DNA from: an uncultured delta proteobacterium
Lineage (GTDB): Bacteria; Desulfobacterota; Binatia; JACPRU01
Assembly: GCA_963745025.1 (NCBI GenBank)
Contig: CAVUWD010000013.1
Coordinates: forward strand, 320,001 to 384,000
Reading direction: 5' to 3'
DNA length: 64,000 nucleotides
Made by a program: the position numbers and the translations under genes. Shown one piece after another: positions 1 through 10,219 of the stretch. Under the pieces are notes generated by a model. That model made no database searches. It was not told the DNA's origin and saw nothing but the letters and a program-made list of their open reading frames with translations. Each line of letters begins with the position of its first letter. The stretch's first letter is position 1.

Positions 1-919
1 CCTCCTCGAGGGCGAGCACGGGCGCGAAGCACACGTCGGAGCCTTCCATGACCCGGCACCACTCATCGCGCGTCTTGGTGCGGATGACCGCCGCGACGCG
101 CTCCTTCAGCGCCGGCCACCGCGCGCGGTCGTTCTGCGCCGGCAGGTCCTCCTTGTCGAGGCCGCTCAGGCGGAGCAGCTCCGCATAGAACTTCGGCTCG
201 ATCGAGCCGAGTGAGACGTACTTTCCGTCACGGGTCTCGTAGGCGTCGTAGAAGTGGGAGCCCGTGTCGAGGAGATTCGTCCCCGGCTCGTCGGTCCATA
301 TGCCCGCTGCACGCATCTCGTAGAACATCGTCATCAGGTGCGCGGCGCCGTCGACCATCGCCGCGTCGACCACCTGCCCCTTGCCCGAAGTCCTCGCTTC
401 GAGCAGTGCCGACAAGATGCCGACCGCCAAGTAGAGCGCTCCGCCGCCGAAGTCGCCGACGAGGTTGAGCGGCGGGACGGGCTTCTCGCCGCGGCGCGCG
501 CAGGAGCGGAGCGCGCCGGTGAGGGCGATGTAGTTGATGTCGTGGCCGGCGGCGAGGGCGAGCGGGCCCTCTTGCCCCCACCCCGTCATGCGGCCGTAGA
601 CCAGGCGCGGGTTTCTCTTCAGGCAGACGTCGGGCCCGAGACCGATTCGCTCCATCACGCCCGGGCGGAATCCCTCGGTCAACGCGTCCGCCCGCTCGAT
701 CAGCCGCAGGACCGCCTCCACCCCCTTCGGGTTCTTGAGGTCGACGGCGACCGAGCGACGGCCGCGCAGCAGAACGTTGGGAACGCTTCGTTTGCCGGCG
801 ACCTCGAGCCGATCGATGCGAACGACTTCCGCTCCGAGGTCGGAAAGCAGCATCGCGCAGAACGGCCCCGGGCCGATTCCCGCGAACTCGATGATCTTGA
901 TTCCAGCCAGAGGGCCCAT
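1..919 (-). CDS. CaiB/BaiF family CoA-transferase / alpha-methylacyl-CoA racemase-like (runs off left edge)
   Basis: Manual translation from ATG at 919: [32 protein letters not shown]...[15 protein letters not shown]...GHDINYIA...DFGGGALY. Missing from the ORF track because it has no stop inside the window. Confidence 0.9.
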   Translation of the reverse strand, partial: MGPLAGIKIIEFAGIGPGPFCAMLLSDLGAEVVRIDRLEVAGKRSVPNVLLRGRRSVAVDLKNPKGVEAVLRLIERADALTEGFRPGVMERIGLGPDVCLKRNPRLVYGRMTGWGQEGPLALAAGHDINYIALTGALRSCARRGEKPVPPLNLVGDFGGGALYLAVGILSALLEARTSGKGQVVDAAMVDGAAHLMTMFYEMRAAGIWTDEPGTNLLDTGSHFYDAYETRDGKYVSLGSIEPKFYAELLRLSGLDKEDLPAQNDRARWPALKERVAAVIRTKTRDEWCRVMEGSDVCFAPVLALEE

Positions 920-1004
920 GAGCTACCTCCCGCGATACCTCTAGTGAGGAGACGGCGGCGCCACAAGTGCCGCCCGCCGTGGAAAGTCTCCGCGCAGCAC
1001 CACA

Positions 1005-1760
1005 TCACCTCGTCGCGCCGGGAATGAATATACGCTGACCGACCTCGATGTGCGCGGGATCCTCGATTCCGTTCTCGCTGGCGAGGTCGCGGTAGTCGAC
1101 GCCGTACGCCCTGGCGATGCCGAAGAGGGACTCTCCGGCAGCGACGACGTGGTAGAGGCCGCCGCCGCGGGTCGGCTTCGCGCCAGGCAGGCTGCCTGCG
1201 AGCGCTCCGCTGCCCTGCTTGGCGGCGTCGCTCCTCGTCTTCGGTACGGCCTCCGCAGATTCGCCGCTGTCTTCGCGCGGCTCGCCGGCCGCTTCCGGCA
1301 GCGTGACGCCGATCTCGCGCAGTTGCTCTTCCAGGGCCTGCAGCTGGTTCTTGAGACGCTGGTCCTCGCCTCGGCTCTTGGTCAGGTCGCGAAGCAACGA
1401 GTCGACTAGCGCGCGTAGACGTTTGTTCTCCTTCAAAAGCTCTTGCGAGCGGGTGTCGCCTCGAGCGACTTCCTGGCGGAGCGTGTCCACGGCCGCCGTG
1501 AGTATCTCGAATTGTTTGTCGGTGGCGTCGGTCGACGGCGTGGCGGACGTGGGTAGCGGGGTCTGCGCCTCTGGCGGTGGCATGTCGGGCTCGCGGACCA
1601 CCCGAGTCTCCAACGGCGATGCGCGTCGGGGCGGTGTCTCGGGAGCCGAGGAAGCGCCGGGGAGCATGCCGCTACAAGCGGTCAGCCACGCGGCCGGCGT
1701 GAGCGCGAGCGCGACGTGCCGACGTCGAGCGGATCTGGCAGCGGCAAAGGGAAGAGGCAA
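1005..1760 (-). CDS. LysM-domain lipoprotein with central coiled coil
   Basis: Lipobox-like LTAC, heptad-rich middle, C-terminal YHVVAAGESLFGIARAYGV...IEVGQRIFIP (LysM). Confidence 0.8.
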   Translation of the reverse strand: MPLPFAAARSARRRHVALALTPAAWLTACSGMLPGASSAPETPPRRASPLETRVVREPDMPPPEAQTPLPTSATPSTDATDKQFEILTAAVDTLRQEVARGDTRSQELLKENKRLRALVDSLLRDLTKSRGEDQRLKNQLQALEEQLREIGVTLPEAAGEPREDSGESAEAVPKTRSDAAKQGSGALAGSLPGAKPTRGGGLYHVVAAGESLFGIARAYGVDYRDLASENGIEDPAHIEVGQRIFIPGATR

Positions 1761-1968
1761 TGAACGGTCTCGGCGCTTCGTTTGCGATCCCGGAACTTTT
1801 CGCGTGAGCGGGCCTTCTGCATCCGCGAGCTTGGTATTGAACTAGCGGACCCTACTCAGCCTCGCAACAAACGCCCGATTGGACCAGGGCCCGAACGCAA
1901 CCTTCTCCCCGTGGACGAAACGCGCGTGTGGGAGGGGCCGCGGTCGAGCCGTTGTGGACAGGTGATGC

Positions 1969-2168
1969 CTCAGTCTTCGCCTCCGGCGCTCGAGATCCGG
2001 GAGCGCTGGACTTTCCGGTCGGCCCGGATTCGGGTCGACCGGAAAATCCAGCCACCGCGCGGAGCGCGGAAGACAATAGACCAGTGTCGAGGGTTATTGT
2101 CTTCCGCGCTCCGCGCGGTTGCGGTCGGTTGTGATCGACCCGAGTACGGGCCGACCACAACCGACCGC
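1969..2168. repeat. Dispersed multi-hairpin element, copy 1 (two inverted units)
   Basis: Perfect 25-bp inverted repeat at 2054-2078/2095-2119, flanked by long hairpins 2005-2052 and 2121-2168. Reverse complement is similar to 30278-30478. Confidence 0.9.
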
Positions 2169-2306
2169 GTCCGTCTCCTCGAGCGTGGTGCGAAAACTGA
2201 TCGGGTGCGGGTCACAGTGGACGGCGAAGATTCGGTTTCGATTTTCGAGCGCGTCGAGTATGGTGCGAGCGAGGGCGCTTGGACGAATCGAACCCGGGAG
2301 GATGCC

Positions 2307-3740
2307 ATGATATCGCTCGACGACTACACCCGCCACGACGCGCTCGGCCTCGCGGAGCTCGTCGCCCGCAAGCAAGTCACCGCCAAGGAGCTAGCGGACG
2401 CCGCTCTGCAAGCCGTGGAGAAGGTGAACCCGAAGATCAACGCGGTGCTGCAAACGCTTCCGTTCGATGGAGCTTCCGCCAGCCCCACGGGCCCGTTTGC
2501 CGGAGTGCCGTTTCTCATCAAGGAGCTCGTGCTGCACGCCAAGAACGTGCGCTGCGGCATGGGCTCGAAGCTCGCGCAAGGATTCGTGCCATCGGAGGAC
2601 ACGGAGCTGATGGCGCGCTTCCGCCGCGCGGGGCTGGTGCTCGTCGGCACCACGCAAACTCCCGAGTTCGGCTACAATCCGACCACCGAGACGAAGCTCT
2701 TCGGCCCGGTGCACAACCCGTGGGACCTTTCGCGAAGCCCCGGCGGCTCGAGCGGCGGGTCGGGCGCCGCGGTCGCGGCCGGCATCGTACCGCTCGCCCA
2801 CGCGAACGACGGCGGCGGATCGATCCGCATCCCGGCGTCGTGCAACGGTCTCGTCGGCCTGAAGCCCTCGCGCGACCGCGTGCCGACGGGGCCGGACTAC
2901 GCCGATCTGCTCTGCGGCCTCGCCTGCGAGTTCGTGGTGACGCGTAGCGTCCGCGACGCGGCGGCGCTGCTCGATGCGGTCGCCGGGCCGGACGTCGGGG
3001 CGCCGTCGCATCCGGTGCCGCCGGCGCGCCCGTACCGCCAGGAGGTCGGCGCGAAGCCCGGTCGGCTGCGCGTCGCCTGGACGACGAGGCCCGCGTCGGG
3101 GGCGAAGATCGAGCCCGAGTGCGAGAAGGCGGTACGCGAGACGGTCCGCCTGCTCGAAGAGCTCGGCCACACGGTGGTGGAGGACGCGCCGCGCTACGAC
3201 TGGGACGAGTTTCTCGAGCGCGTTCACGTGATCTGGACGGCCTTCACGGCGCTCAGCGCCGATGCGGTGTGCGCCGCGCTCGGACGGAAGCCGGGGCCGG
3301 ACAATCTCGAGGCCGTGACCCTCGCCTGCTACGAGGATGGCAAACGCTACACGGCGCTCGATCTGTTGAACTCGATGGCCCACGGCAACGTGCTGTCGCG
3401 GCAGGTCGGCGCGTTCTTCGAGAAGGTCGACGTGCTGGTGACGCCGACGATCGCGGCCCTGCCGGCGCCGCTCGGCGAGCTCGATCAGAACCGCAAGGGA
3501 ATGACGGCGATGGAGTGGACGAGGCAGGTGTTCGCGTACGTCCCGTTCACGCCGCTGTTCAACACGACGGGCCAGCCGGCGATGTCGTTGCCGCTCCACT
3601 GGAGCGCGGGCGGCGTGCCGGTCGGCGTGCAGATCGCCGGGCGCTTCGGCGACGAGGCGACGCTCTTTCGATTGGGGGCGCAGCTCGAAGAGGCGAGGCC
3701 ATGGGCAGGCAAGCGGCCTCGTGCTCACGCGGCCGCGTGA
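2307..3740 (+). CDS. Amidase signature family protein
   Basis: [39 protein letters not shown] at 2307 follows GGAGG; the ORF-track start at 1782 runs through the repeat element. Confidence 0.92.
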   Translation: MISLDDYTRHDALGLAELVARKQVTAKELADAALQAVEKVNPKINAVLQTLPFDGASASPTGPFAGVPFLIKELVLHAKNVRCGMGSKLAQGFVPSEDTELMARFRRAGLVLVGTTQTPEFGYNPTTETKLFGPVHNPWDLSRSPGGSSGGSGAAVAAGIVPLAHANDGGGSIRIPASCNGLVGLKPSRDRVPTGPDYADLLCGLACEFVVTRSVRDAAALLDAVAGPDVGAPSHPVPPARPYRQEVGAKPGRLRVAWTTRPASGAKIEPECEKAVRETVRLLEELGHTVVEDAPRYDWDEFLERVHVIWTAFTALSADAVCAALGRKPGPDNLEAVTLACYEDGKRYTALDLLNSMAHGNVLSRQVGAFFEKVDVLVTPTIAALPAPLGELDQNRKGMTAMEWTRQVFAYVPFTPLFNTTGQPAMSLPLHWSAGGVPVGVQIAGRFGDEATLFRLGAQLEEARPWAGKRPRAHAAA

Positions 3741-3787
3741 ATGAGCCGGAGCGCCGGGATCGCTGAGCAGAGCGGCTGCGGCGTCCC

Positions 3788-4657
3788 CTACGCCAAGAAC
3801 TCGCGGACGGCCCGGAGGAAGACGTCGAGCTGGTCGTGGTGGACCCAGTGGCCGGCCTTGGCGATGTTCACCAGCCGGTAATTGCGGAAGGCCGTCGCGC
3901 GCCCGTCCTTCTCGGGATCGGACGCCCAGGAATCCATGCCGCGAAGCAGCAGCACCGGGCAGGTGATGTGCTGCCAGAGCTCGCGGGCATCGCGAACGTT
4001 GAAGAGGTAGGGGGAGACGGCGCGGACGTAGTTGTCGAACTTCCAGAGGTAGGTGCCGTCTTCGTCCCGGTAGCAGCCGTGGATCGTCAGGTGGCGCGCC
4101 TGATCGACGGAGAGGTGAGGATTCGCTTCCCGCATGCGCACGACCGCTTCGTCGAGTGTCTTGTAGCGGTGCGGGTGGCGGCGGGCGAGCGCCTGCATCT
4201 CGCCGATCCATTCGTGCATGCGCTCGTGCGCGGGTCTGTCCTCGCGGATCATCTCCGGCGGCGGACCGAGGCCTTCGATGGCGACCACCTTCTTCACCCG
4301 GTCCGGGAACGTGCCGGTGTACTGTAGGGCGATCGCGCCGCCGAGCGAGTGGCCGATGATCGTGATCGGCCAGAGCTTCAGCGCGTCGAGCAGCTGCGCC
4401 ACGTCGAGCGTGTAGTCGACCATCGAATAGCTCGAGCCGATCGCCCACTGCGAGTCGCCGTGGCCGCGGAGATCGGGGGCGATCACGTGGTATTCGCGCC
4501 GCAAGGCGAGCGCGACCCAGTCCCAGTTCCGCGCATGATCACGCCCGCCGTGGATGAGCAGGAGCGGCGGCTTGTCGTGGTTCCCCCAGTCGACGTAGTG
4601 AAGCTTCAGCCGCAGCGAATGGAAGTAGTGCGAGGTTGGACCGACCAGGGTCGTCAT
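3788..4657 (-). CDS. Alpha/beta hydrolase
   Basis: IHGG, DLRGHGDS, GHSLGG nucleophile elbow, AGHWVHHD. Confidence 0.9.
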   Translation of the reverse strand: MTTLVGPTSHYFHSLRLKLHYVDWGNHDKPPLLLIHGGRDHARNWDWVALALRREYHVIAPDLRGHGDSQWAIGSSYSMVDYTLDVAQLLDALKLWPITIIGHSLGGAIALQYTGTFPDRVKKVVAIEGLGPPPEMIREDRPAHERMHEWIGEMQALARRHPHRYKTLDEAVVRMREANPHLSVDQARHLTIHGCYRDEDGTYLWKFDNYVRAVSPYLFNVRDARELWQHITCPVLLLRGMDSWASDPEKDGRATAFRNYRLVNIAKAGHWVHHDQLDVFLRAVREFLA

Positions 4658-4814
4658 GAGGGAGCTCCTTTCCCTGCTCCGTATCACATTCGGACGGAAT
4701 CAGCGCGGCTCGCCCGGCGAGCACGAAACGGCAATCGGGCTCGACCGGAATGTCACGGATCGCACGGGTCAAGGGCGCGACCGTGATCGCGGTCCGGAGG
4801 GCGTCGAAGAAGCC

Positions 4815-5357
4815 ATGTCCCGCCGGGCGACTGTCCGACGCCCTGCGCTAGCGACGCACTTCCCACGACGCGTCGCAGGGCGTAAAAGCCGCGACCATGC
4901 GCTACCGAGACCTCCGACTCGGCTCCTTTGGCTGTTTCTCGTCGTGCTCTTGGCCTCTCCGGCTGCGGGTGGAGAGCTGCCAAAGGATCTTCAGGACCTC
5001 CTTGCCTCGAGCACCTACGTTTACATTTCCTCGACACGAAAAGACGGGGCGCTCTCGCGCCCCGCCGAGATCTGGTTTCTCTGGCACAAGGGATCGGTCT
5101 ACGTGGCCTCGGCGCCTACGACGTGGCGGGTGCGCAGGATTCGCTGGGGACGCCCGCAAGCGAAGATTTGGGTCGGCAAGCCCGATGGACCGTCGTTCAC
5201 GGCGGCTGGTGCGGTGGTGAACGAGCCGCAATTGTACCCGATCCTTTTCGAGACCTACGCGCGGAAGTATCCGGACCGCTGGAAGAGCTGGGAAGAGAAC
5301 TTCCGGAAGGGGCTCGCCGACGGTAGCCGCGTGCTCGTCCGATACGCGCCGGAGTGA
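4815..5357 (+). CDS. Exported split-barrel protein (DUF2255/PNPOx-like); start uncertain
   Basis: Hydrophobic LLWLFLVVLLASPAAGG, then YISSTRKDG..SRPAEIWF..VYVAS...YARKYP. Confidence 0.6.
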   Translation: MSRRATVRRPALATHFPRRVAGRKSRDHALPRPPTRLLWLFLVVLLASPAAGGELPKDLQDLLASSTYVYISSTRKDGALSRPAEIWFLWHKGSVYVASAPTTWRVRRIRWGRPQAKIWVGKPDGPSFTAAGAVVNEPQLYPILFETYARKYPDRWKSWEENFRKGLADGSRVLVRYAPE

Positions 5358-5453
5358 TCGGCGAAATGGCTCGACGCCGTCGTGGCCGAGGCCCCTTCTT
5401 CTCGGCATGGGGACGACCGGCCACGTCGGTGCCCGTCATCGTGTAAGCCAGCA

Positions 5454-5582
5454 GATGCCGGCCTCTCTTATAGCGTCGAGAATCTAGCCAGTGCGGTAGT
5501 CCATCTCCGCGAGAGCATCTGCCCAATCACCGTTACCGGTCTTGCCGGCGAAATTCGCATTGGGCAGCGTTGGCATGTGAGC
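5454..5582 (-). pseudogene. Arylsulfatase internal fragment with in-frame stop
   Basis: AHMPTLPNANFAGKTGNGDWADALAEMDYRTG*ILDAIREAGI resembles the sulfatase segment HxPxxP...GDxxxEMDxxVGQILDAL; TAG sits where Gln is expected. Confidence 0.65.
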
Positions 5583-5717
5583 AGAACGCCCGTTTTTAGG
5601 ATGAGATCGACGGTTCCTGTTCGCCGACAGCAGCTCCTTGCGTCGATCTCGCGGCGGATAGAAGCCAAAGGCGTCGCTCCCACGCAAAGCGCCACGGACC
5701 ATGCGGTGATGCTCAGG

Positions 5718-7244
5718 TCAGTACGTGTCCGCCCCGCCCGTGTGGCACTCGACACAGTTGGTGTACTCGTCGAGATGCTCTTTACCGGCAGCGTGGTAGA
5801 AGACCTGCCCCTTGGCGAAATCGACAACGCCGCTGCCGTCGCCGTCACCTTGGCTCAGCACGACGTGGCAGCCGGTGCAGGTCGTGAACACGCTCTTGCC
5901 GGAAGCGTCCTTCAAGGTCTTGTTGTGGCAGCGGAAGCATCCCGCCGAATCGCGGTGCCCGAGGTTGTCGGGATACGACGACCAGCGAACCTTCATCTCG
6001 GGGAACATGCTGCGCTCGTAGATCTCCTGCACGGCCGCCACCGCAGCGGCCACCGAGTCGGGCTTACCGAGCGTCGGGAACTCCTTGGCGTAGTAGTCGT
6101 TCAACGTCTTGGCGATCTCCGTCTTCGCGGTCGCAGTGTCCGGGTAGTCCGCGGAGAGAACCTCCACGCCCTTCTTCTTGATGGACGGCAACGACCGATC
6201 GATGCGACCGCCGGCGAGGTAGGCGTTCATCGTGTTCATCGGAGCGACGAACCGATGCGCCGGTCGGTTGTGACAGTCGAGGCAATCCATGCGGTACAGC
6301 GTCGCGCCCTCGGGCGGCGCGGTGTAGCTGCCGGCGCGGACGCGTCTGAACACTCTCTTCGCCCCGTCCGGCTCCGTAACCCGGACCCAGTTGATGTGCT
6401 GTTTGGCCGCGTCGGCCGCGGCGAACTCGACCGTGCGGCCGAGCATCATGTGATAGTGGATGCCCTCGCCCGAAATGAGTCCGGCGTGCATGCCGCCGAC
6501 TTTCACCAGCAGGCGCAGACCGCTCTCCTTGTTGTCCGGCTCGCTCGAGAAGTAGGTGTTCACGACCTCCTTGTAACCCACCCACCGATCGCGCCAGTGG
6601 CAGCTCTCGCAGATCTCGCGCGCCGGACGCATGCTGTGAATCGGCACGCCGATGGGCTTCGGAAACGCGCCCGTGATCACGTGGAGAAGCTGTCTCGCGC
6701 CGCGGAGCTTGCTCTGCGCGAATGAGCCGGCTCCGGTGCCCACGTGGCACTCGGCGCATCCGACCTTGGCGTGCGGGGATAGCGCGTGCGTGGTCGCCTC
6801 GGGCCGCATCACCGAGTGGCAGGCGCCGCCGCAGAACGCGTCCGATTCGGCGTACACGACCGTCTTGTACGACGCCGTCGTCATCGCGCCCATGCCCATC
6901 ACGAGCAAGAACACCGAGCCGAGCGCGAGATAGCGATCGCGCTGGCGGTTGAGGTCCAGCGTGAGAAGCGCGAGCGGCTTCCAGGGCGTGCCCTTCCTAC
7001 GACGTCGCGCCGCCATGAGCGCTCCGAGGATGACCAGCGCGAGCGCCGCAGCCGCGAGTACGCCGAGCAGGAGGTAGACAAGTCCGACATACGGGTTCTC
7101 CTGGGCGCCGAGGAGGTCCGCGACCCACATGACGACCGCGAGCGACCCGGCGACGACGAGCAGCGCGATGCCGACGATGCTCGTCCAGTTGTAGAGGAGG
7201 CGCCGAACGCCCGCCTCGCTGCTGCTGTTCTCGGTCGCTGCCAT
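5718..7244 (-). CDS. NapC/NirT-related multiheme inner-membrane cytochrome c (ImcH-like)
   Basis: Three N-terminal hydrophobic helices; heme motifs CGGACH, CAECH, CESCH, CLDCH, CFRCH, CTGCH, CVECH. Confidence 0.88.
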   Translation of the reverse strand: MAATENSSSEAGVRRLLYNWTSIVGIALLVVAGSLAVVMWVADLLGAQENPYVGLVYLLLGVLAAAALALVILGALMAARRRRKGTPWKPLALLTLDLNRQRDRYLALGSVFLLVMGMGAMTTASYKTVVYAESDAFCGGACHSVMRPEATTHALSPHAKVGCAECHVGTGAGSFAQSKLRGARQLLHVITGAFPKPIGVPIHSMRPAREICESCHWRDRWVGYKEVVNTYFSSEPDNKESGLRLLVKVGGMHAGLISGEGIHYHMMLGRTVEFAAADAAKQHINWVRVTEPDGAKRVFRRVRAGSYTAPPEGATLYRMDCLDCHNRPAHRFVAPMNTMNAYLAGGRIDRSLPSIKKKGVEVLSADYPDTATAKTEIAKTLNDYYAKEFPTLGKPDSVAAAVAAVQEIYERSMFPEMKVRWSSYPDNLGHRDSAGCFRCHNKTLKDASGKSVFTTCTGCHVVLSQGDGDGSGVVDFAKGQVFYHAAGKEHLDEYTNCVECHTGGADTY

Positions 7245-7782
7245 CGCGCTTCGCTCTAGCGAGTGTCTCGAGAGGCGCCCGAACGCGGGCTCACTGCAAA
7301 CATTGCGAATCCCCCAAGCGGCGGCTTACGTACCATGGTAATCGCGTGAAATCCACGATCATTCCCGTTCCCCGCCTCTCGTCCCATACGGGCGGTACTC
7401 GATGCGCGACAGATCAAAGTAAAGGGGGACTTTTCGGGGAGCTTTGAGCCTGGCCCCGATACCAACGGCGATACAATTCCCAGTGTAGTCGGCGCGAACG
7501 AAGTACAAGAGCTGAACAAGCTCGGGACGTTTCTTGCCGATTACACGGCGGAGGTTGTTCCAGTGTTGACCGCGCCTGCGGATGCGTTGCCCGCGCCGTC
7601 GTCGTGCTCGCCGGGTAAGGCGGAATACCGCTATTTGTACGACGAGGGTGTCGCCACTCACAGTAGCGAGAGCCCCGTGCCATGGAACTGAGCCGGGTCC
7701 AGACGAATGTAGGCGGTTGTGACCGTGATGTTCGGCGACGGCTTCGAGCAAGCGACGATCCTCCGCACCGGCGAGCATTCTC

Positions 7783-8838
7783 TCATGGCGCGATCCCGAC
7801 CGCCGCCCAGCCGGCGAGCACCGCCTTTTGCTCGAGGCTGCCGGCGCCGTAGATCTCTTTGGCGGTCGCCAACGTCAGGCGCGCGGCGTCTGCGAATGAA
7901 GACCGCGGTCGGAGCTTGTCTCGCAGCGTCACGTACCAGATCTTTCCCGCCTTCACCCACGCGTTGCCGCCGAGGCGAATCGCCGTCTCGTAGAAGGCCC
8001 GGTTGGGGATACCGGAATTGATGTGCACGCCGCCGTTGTCGTCTTCGGTTCGTACATAGTCCTTCATGTGGCCCGGCTGCGGATCCTTGCCGAGGACGCT
8101 GTCGTCATACGCGGTGCCCGGCTCTTTCATCGAGCGCAGGGCCTTTCCCTTCACACCAGGGGCGAGCAGGCCCTTTCCGATCAGCCAGTCGGCGTCCTTG
8201 GCGGCTTGGCCGCGCTTCCACTGCTTGACCAATGATCCGAACACGTCGGAGAGGGACTCGTTCAGAGCGCCCGACTGGCCCTGATAGTCGAGGTCGGCCT
8301 CGTACTGCGTGATGCCGTGGGTGAGCTCGTGACCGATGACGTCGATGGCGATGGTGAAGCGATTGAAGAGCTCGCCGTCGCCGTCGCCATATACCATCTG
8401 CTGGCCGTTCCAGAAGGCGTTGTCGTACTTGCGGCCGTAGTGAACCGTCGAGTCGAGCCGCATGCCGCGATCGTCGATGGAGTTACGGCCGAAGACCTTC
8501 GAGTAGAGATCGTAGGTCGCGCCCGCGCCATCGTAGGCTTCGTTCACCGCCCGGTCCTTGCTCTTCGGGTCTCCCTCGCCGCGAACCAACCGGCCCGGCA
8601 ACCCTTGGCTGCTTCCCGCATCGTAGACGGTGCGGCGCTTGGTTCCCGCAGGGGTGACCGCAGCCATCCAGGCGAAGGCCTGGCGCTGGCCGCGGAGCTG
8701 CTCGGAGAGAGTCGAGGTCCGCCAGGCCCAGCTCTGCTGAGCGGCGCTGCCACGCTTGGCAATCTCCTTCAGCATGTGCGGGGGAATGATGCAGCGGATC
8801 GAGAGAATCGTGCTTCCGGTGCGTTTTCTGCTCGCCAT
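7783..8838 (-). CDS. Protealysin-like M4 metallopeptidase
   Basis: Short propeptide with CIIPPHML, YDNAFWNG, HELTH (HEXXH), GALNESLSD, GGVHINSGIPN; no signal peptide. Confidence 0.93.
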   Translation of the reverse strand: MASRKRTGSTILSIRCIIPPHMLKEIAKRGSAAQQSWAWRTSTLSEQLRGQRQAFAWMAAVTPAGTKRRTVYDAGSSQGLPGRLVRGEGDPKSKDRAVNEAYDGAGATYDLYSKVFGRNSIDDRGMRLDSTVHYGRKYDNAFWNGQQMVYGDGDGELFNRFTIAIDVIGHELTHGITQYEADLDYQGQSGALNESLSDVFGSLVKQWKRGQAAKDADWLIGKGLLAPGVKGKALRSMKEPGTAYDDSVLGKDPQPGHMKDYVRTEDDNGGVHINSGIPNRAFYETAIRLGGNAWVKAGKIWYVTLRDKLRPRSSFADAARLTLATAKEIYGAGSLEQKAVLAGWAAVGIAP

Positions 8839-8862
8839 TACCACCCCCTGCGCTGGTCCTGC

Positions 8863-9171
8863 TTACGGGTTGCGTCTCGCGCTCCGAGCCAGCTCGACGA
8901 GATGGTCGAGCAATGGTCGAAGCACTTCGGAAACGGATGATTCATCGGTCTCGAGCTCGCTCTTCCGTCCCCGGTTCTCCACGCTGAGCCGATACACGAA
9001 ACGGTCGGCTCCGCGTGGCGGCGCGCTCCGCGGCGGCTGATCGAGGGGAGAAGCAGCGTCCACGAGCTCGCGCAGCCGTTTCGCGTCCCTTGGTCGAAGC
9101 GTCTCCGTTTCGATTTCCAGGTTCAATCTGGTGCCGGCGACTCCGCCGCTGCGTGAGAAGTGAATCTTCAC
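8863..9171 (-). CDS. Emfourin-like M4 protease inhibitor
   Basis: SRSGGVAG N-terminal motif, GADRFVYRLSVE, LRPLLDHL; adjacent to a protealysin-like gene. Confidence 0.85.
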   Translation of the reverse strand: MKIHFSRSGGVAGTRLNLEIETETLRPRDAKRLRELVDAASPLDQPPRSAPPRGADRFVYRLSVENRGRKSELETDESSVSEVLRPLLDHLVELARSARRNP

Positions 9172-9411
9172 TGGGCGCTTCCGTTCGACAGTTTCAACTA
9201 GTTTTCAACCAGTCAAGCGCCGGGAAGACAATCGAGCGGAAATCGCTCCACTGACCGACGCACTTTCCGCGTCGAGGTCGTCGGAACCCCGCTGACGGTG
9301 AGAGGCGCGGCTCGAACTTCATCGTGTCCATAGTGCGGATCGTGGTAGCGTCCCAACAACGGAGGCGGGCCCTTCGGCGAATGCGGGTAGCCTGCCAGCC
9401 GAGCGCTCGCG

Positions 9412-9800
9412 ATGACCGCTCAGCAACCAGACTTCTCCCCGGCGACACCCACCAGCAGGAATCGTGGCTGCCTCTTCTGGGCGCTCGCTCTGGCAGTCGT
9501 CGTCGGTGGCGGCGGTTACCCTCGTCTACCGCTACGCGATCGACTGGATCGTCATTGCCTGCACCGAGGCGGCGACCCCGCCCTATCGCCAGCCGAGCTC
9601 GGAGCGCTGGACGGACGGCTCGCGTCCTTTGCGCACGCGGTCCGAAACAAGACCCGGGTCGAGCCGATCGTCCTCACCGGCGAAGAGCTGACGGCTCTCG
9701 TCGTCCGCATCCCCGAGTTCCGCCGGTTCGGCGGACGCGCGCGGTTCTCGATCGACGAGGGGGAGATCGGGGCGAGCTCTCGGTCCCGCTCGAGCGGATG
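9412..9800 (+). pseudogene. Frameshifted, truncated membrane-anchored hypothetical gene
   Basis: MTAQQP..RNRGCLFWALALAVVV continues as VTLVYRYAIDWIV in another frame, then ELGALDGRLASFAHAVR..IVLTGEELTALV. Confidence 0.45.
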
Positions 9801-9816
9801 GGCTATTCGGACCGGT

Positions 9817-10077
9817 GGTCGCCTTGCGGCTCGCTCTGCGGAGCGCCCACAGCTCGGCGTCGGACACGCAGCGGAGATCTCGCTCTACCGTATCCATCGT
9901 GCCGCGCCAGCGCTCGGCCCCGCAGGTCTTGGTCCAGACGGCGTCGGCCTCGGCCGAGTCCCATGTCGGCGTGTGGACGCCGTTGGTCACGTGTGCGACC
10001 GGAATCTCCGCCCGTGGCCAGCGAGGAAACAGGCTCTCGAACAGCCGCCGGGTGACCGAGCCGTGAAGGCGGCTCAC
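9817..10077 (-). pseudogene. Alpha-glucan phosphorylase (GlgP) internal fragment
   Basis: VSRLHGSVTRRLFESLFPRWP..IPVAHVTNGVHTPTW..DAELW; about 87 codons of an ~800-aa enzyme. Confidence 0.8.
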
Positions 10078-10219
10078 TCAGCGCCCTTCACATTGAGCCG
10101 CACCTTTCAAGCTGCGCGACGAGTCGGTATCCGCGCGCCGCTCGAGCCTTGAAGCAAACGAGCGTCTTGGCGTAGAGTCCGCGCTCCCGAAGGCCGGGGC
10201 GCGCAAGATCGCAAGATCG

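Noticed and set aside
2005-2168. Hairpin units as integron attC sites or tRNA-like genes
   Set aside because: No RYYYAAC/GTTRRRY ends, no cassette arrangement or integrase, and no cloverleaf with T-loop or CCA.
1782-2306. N-terminal extension of the amidase (similar extensions at 30144-30350 and 41068-41355)
   Set aside because: These frames read through the palindromic element; better starts, two with clear RBSs, lie downstream.
9194-9350. TTIRTMDTMKFEP on the minus strand as a cupredoxin remnant
   Set aside because: Only about a dozen residues resemble the family and no copper-ligand motif follows.
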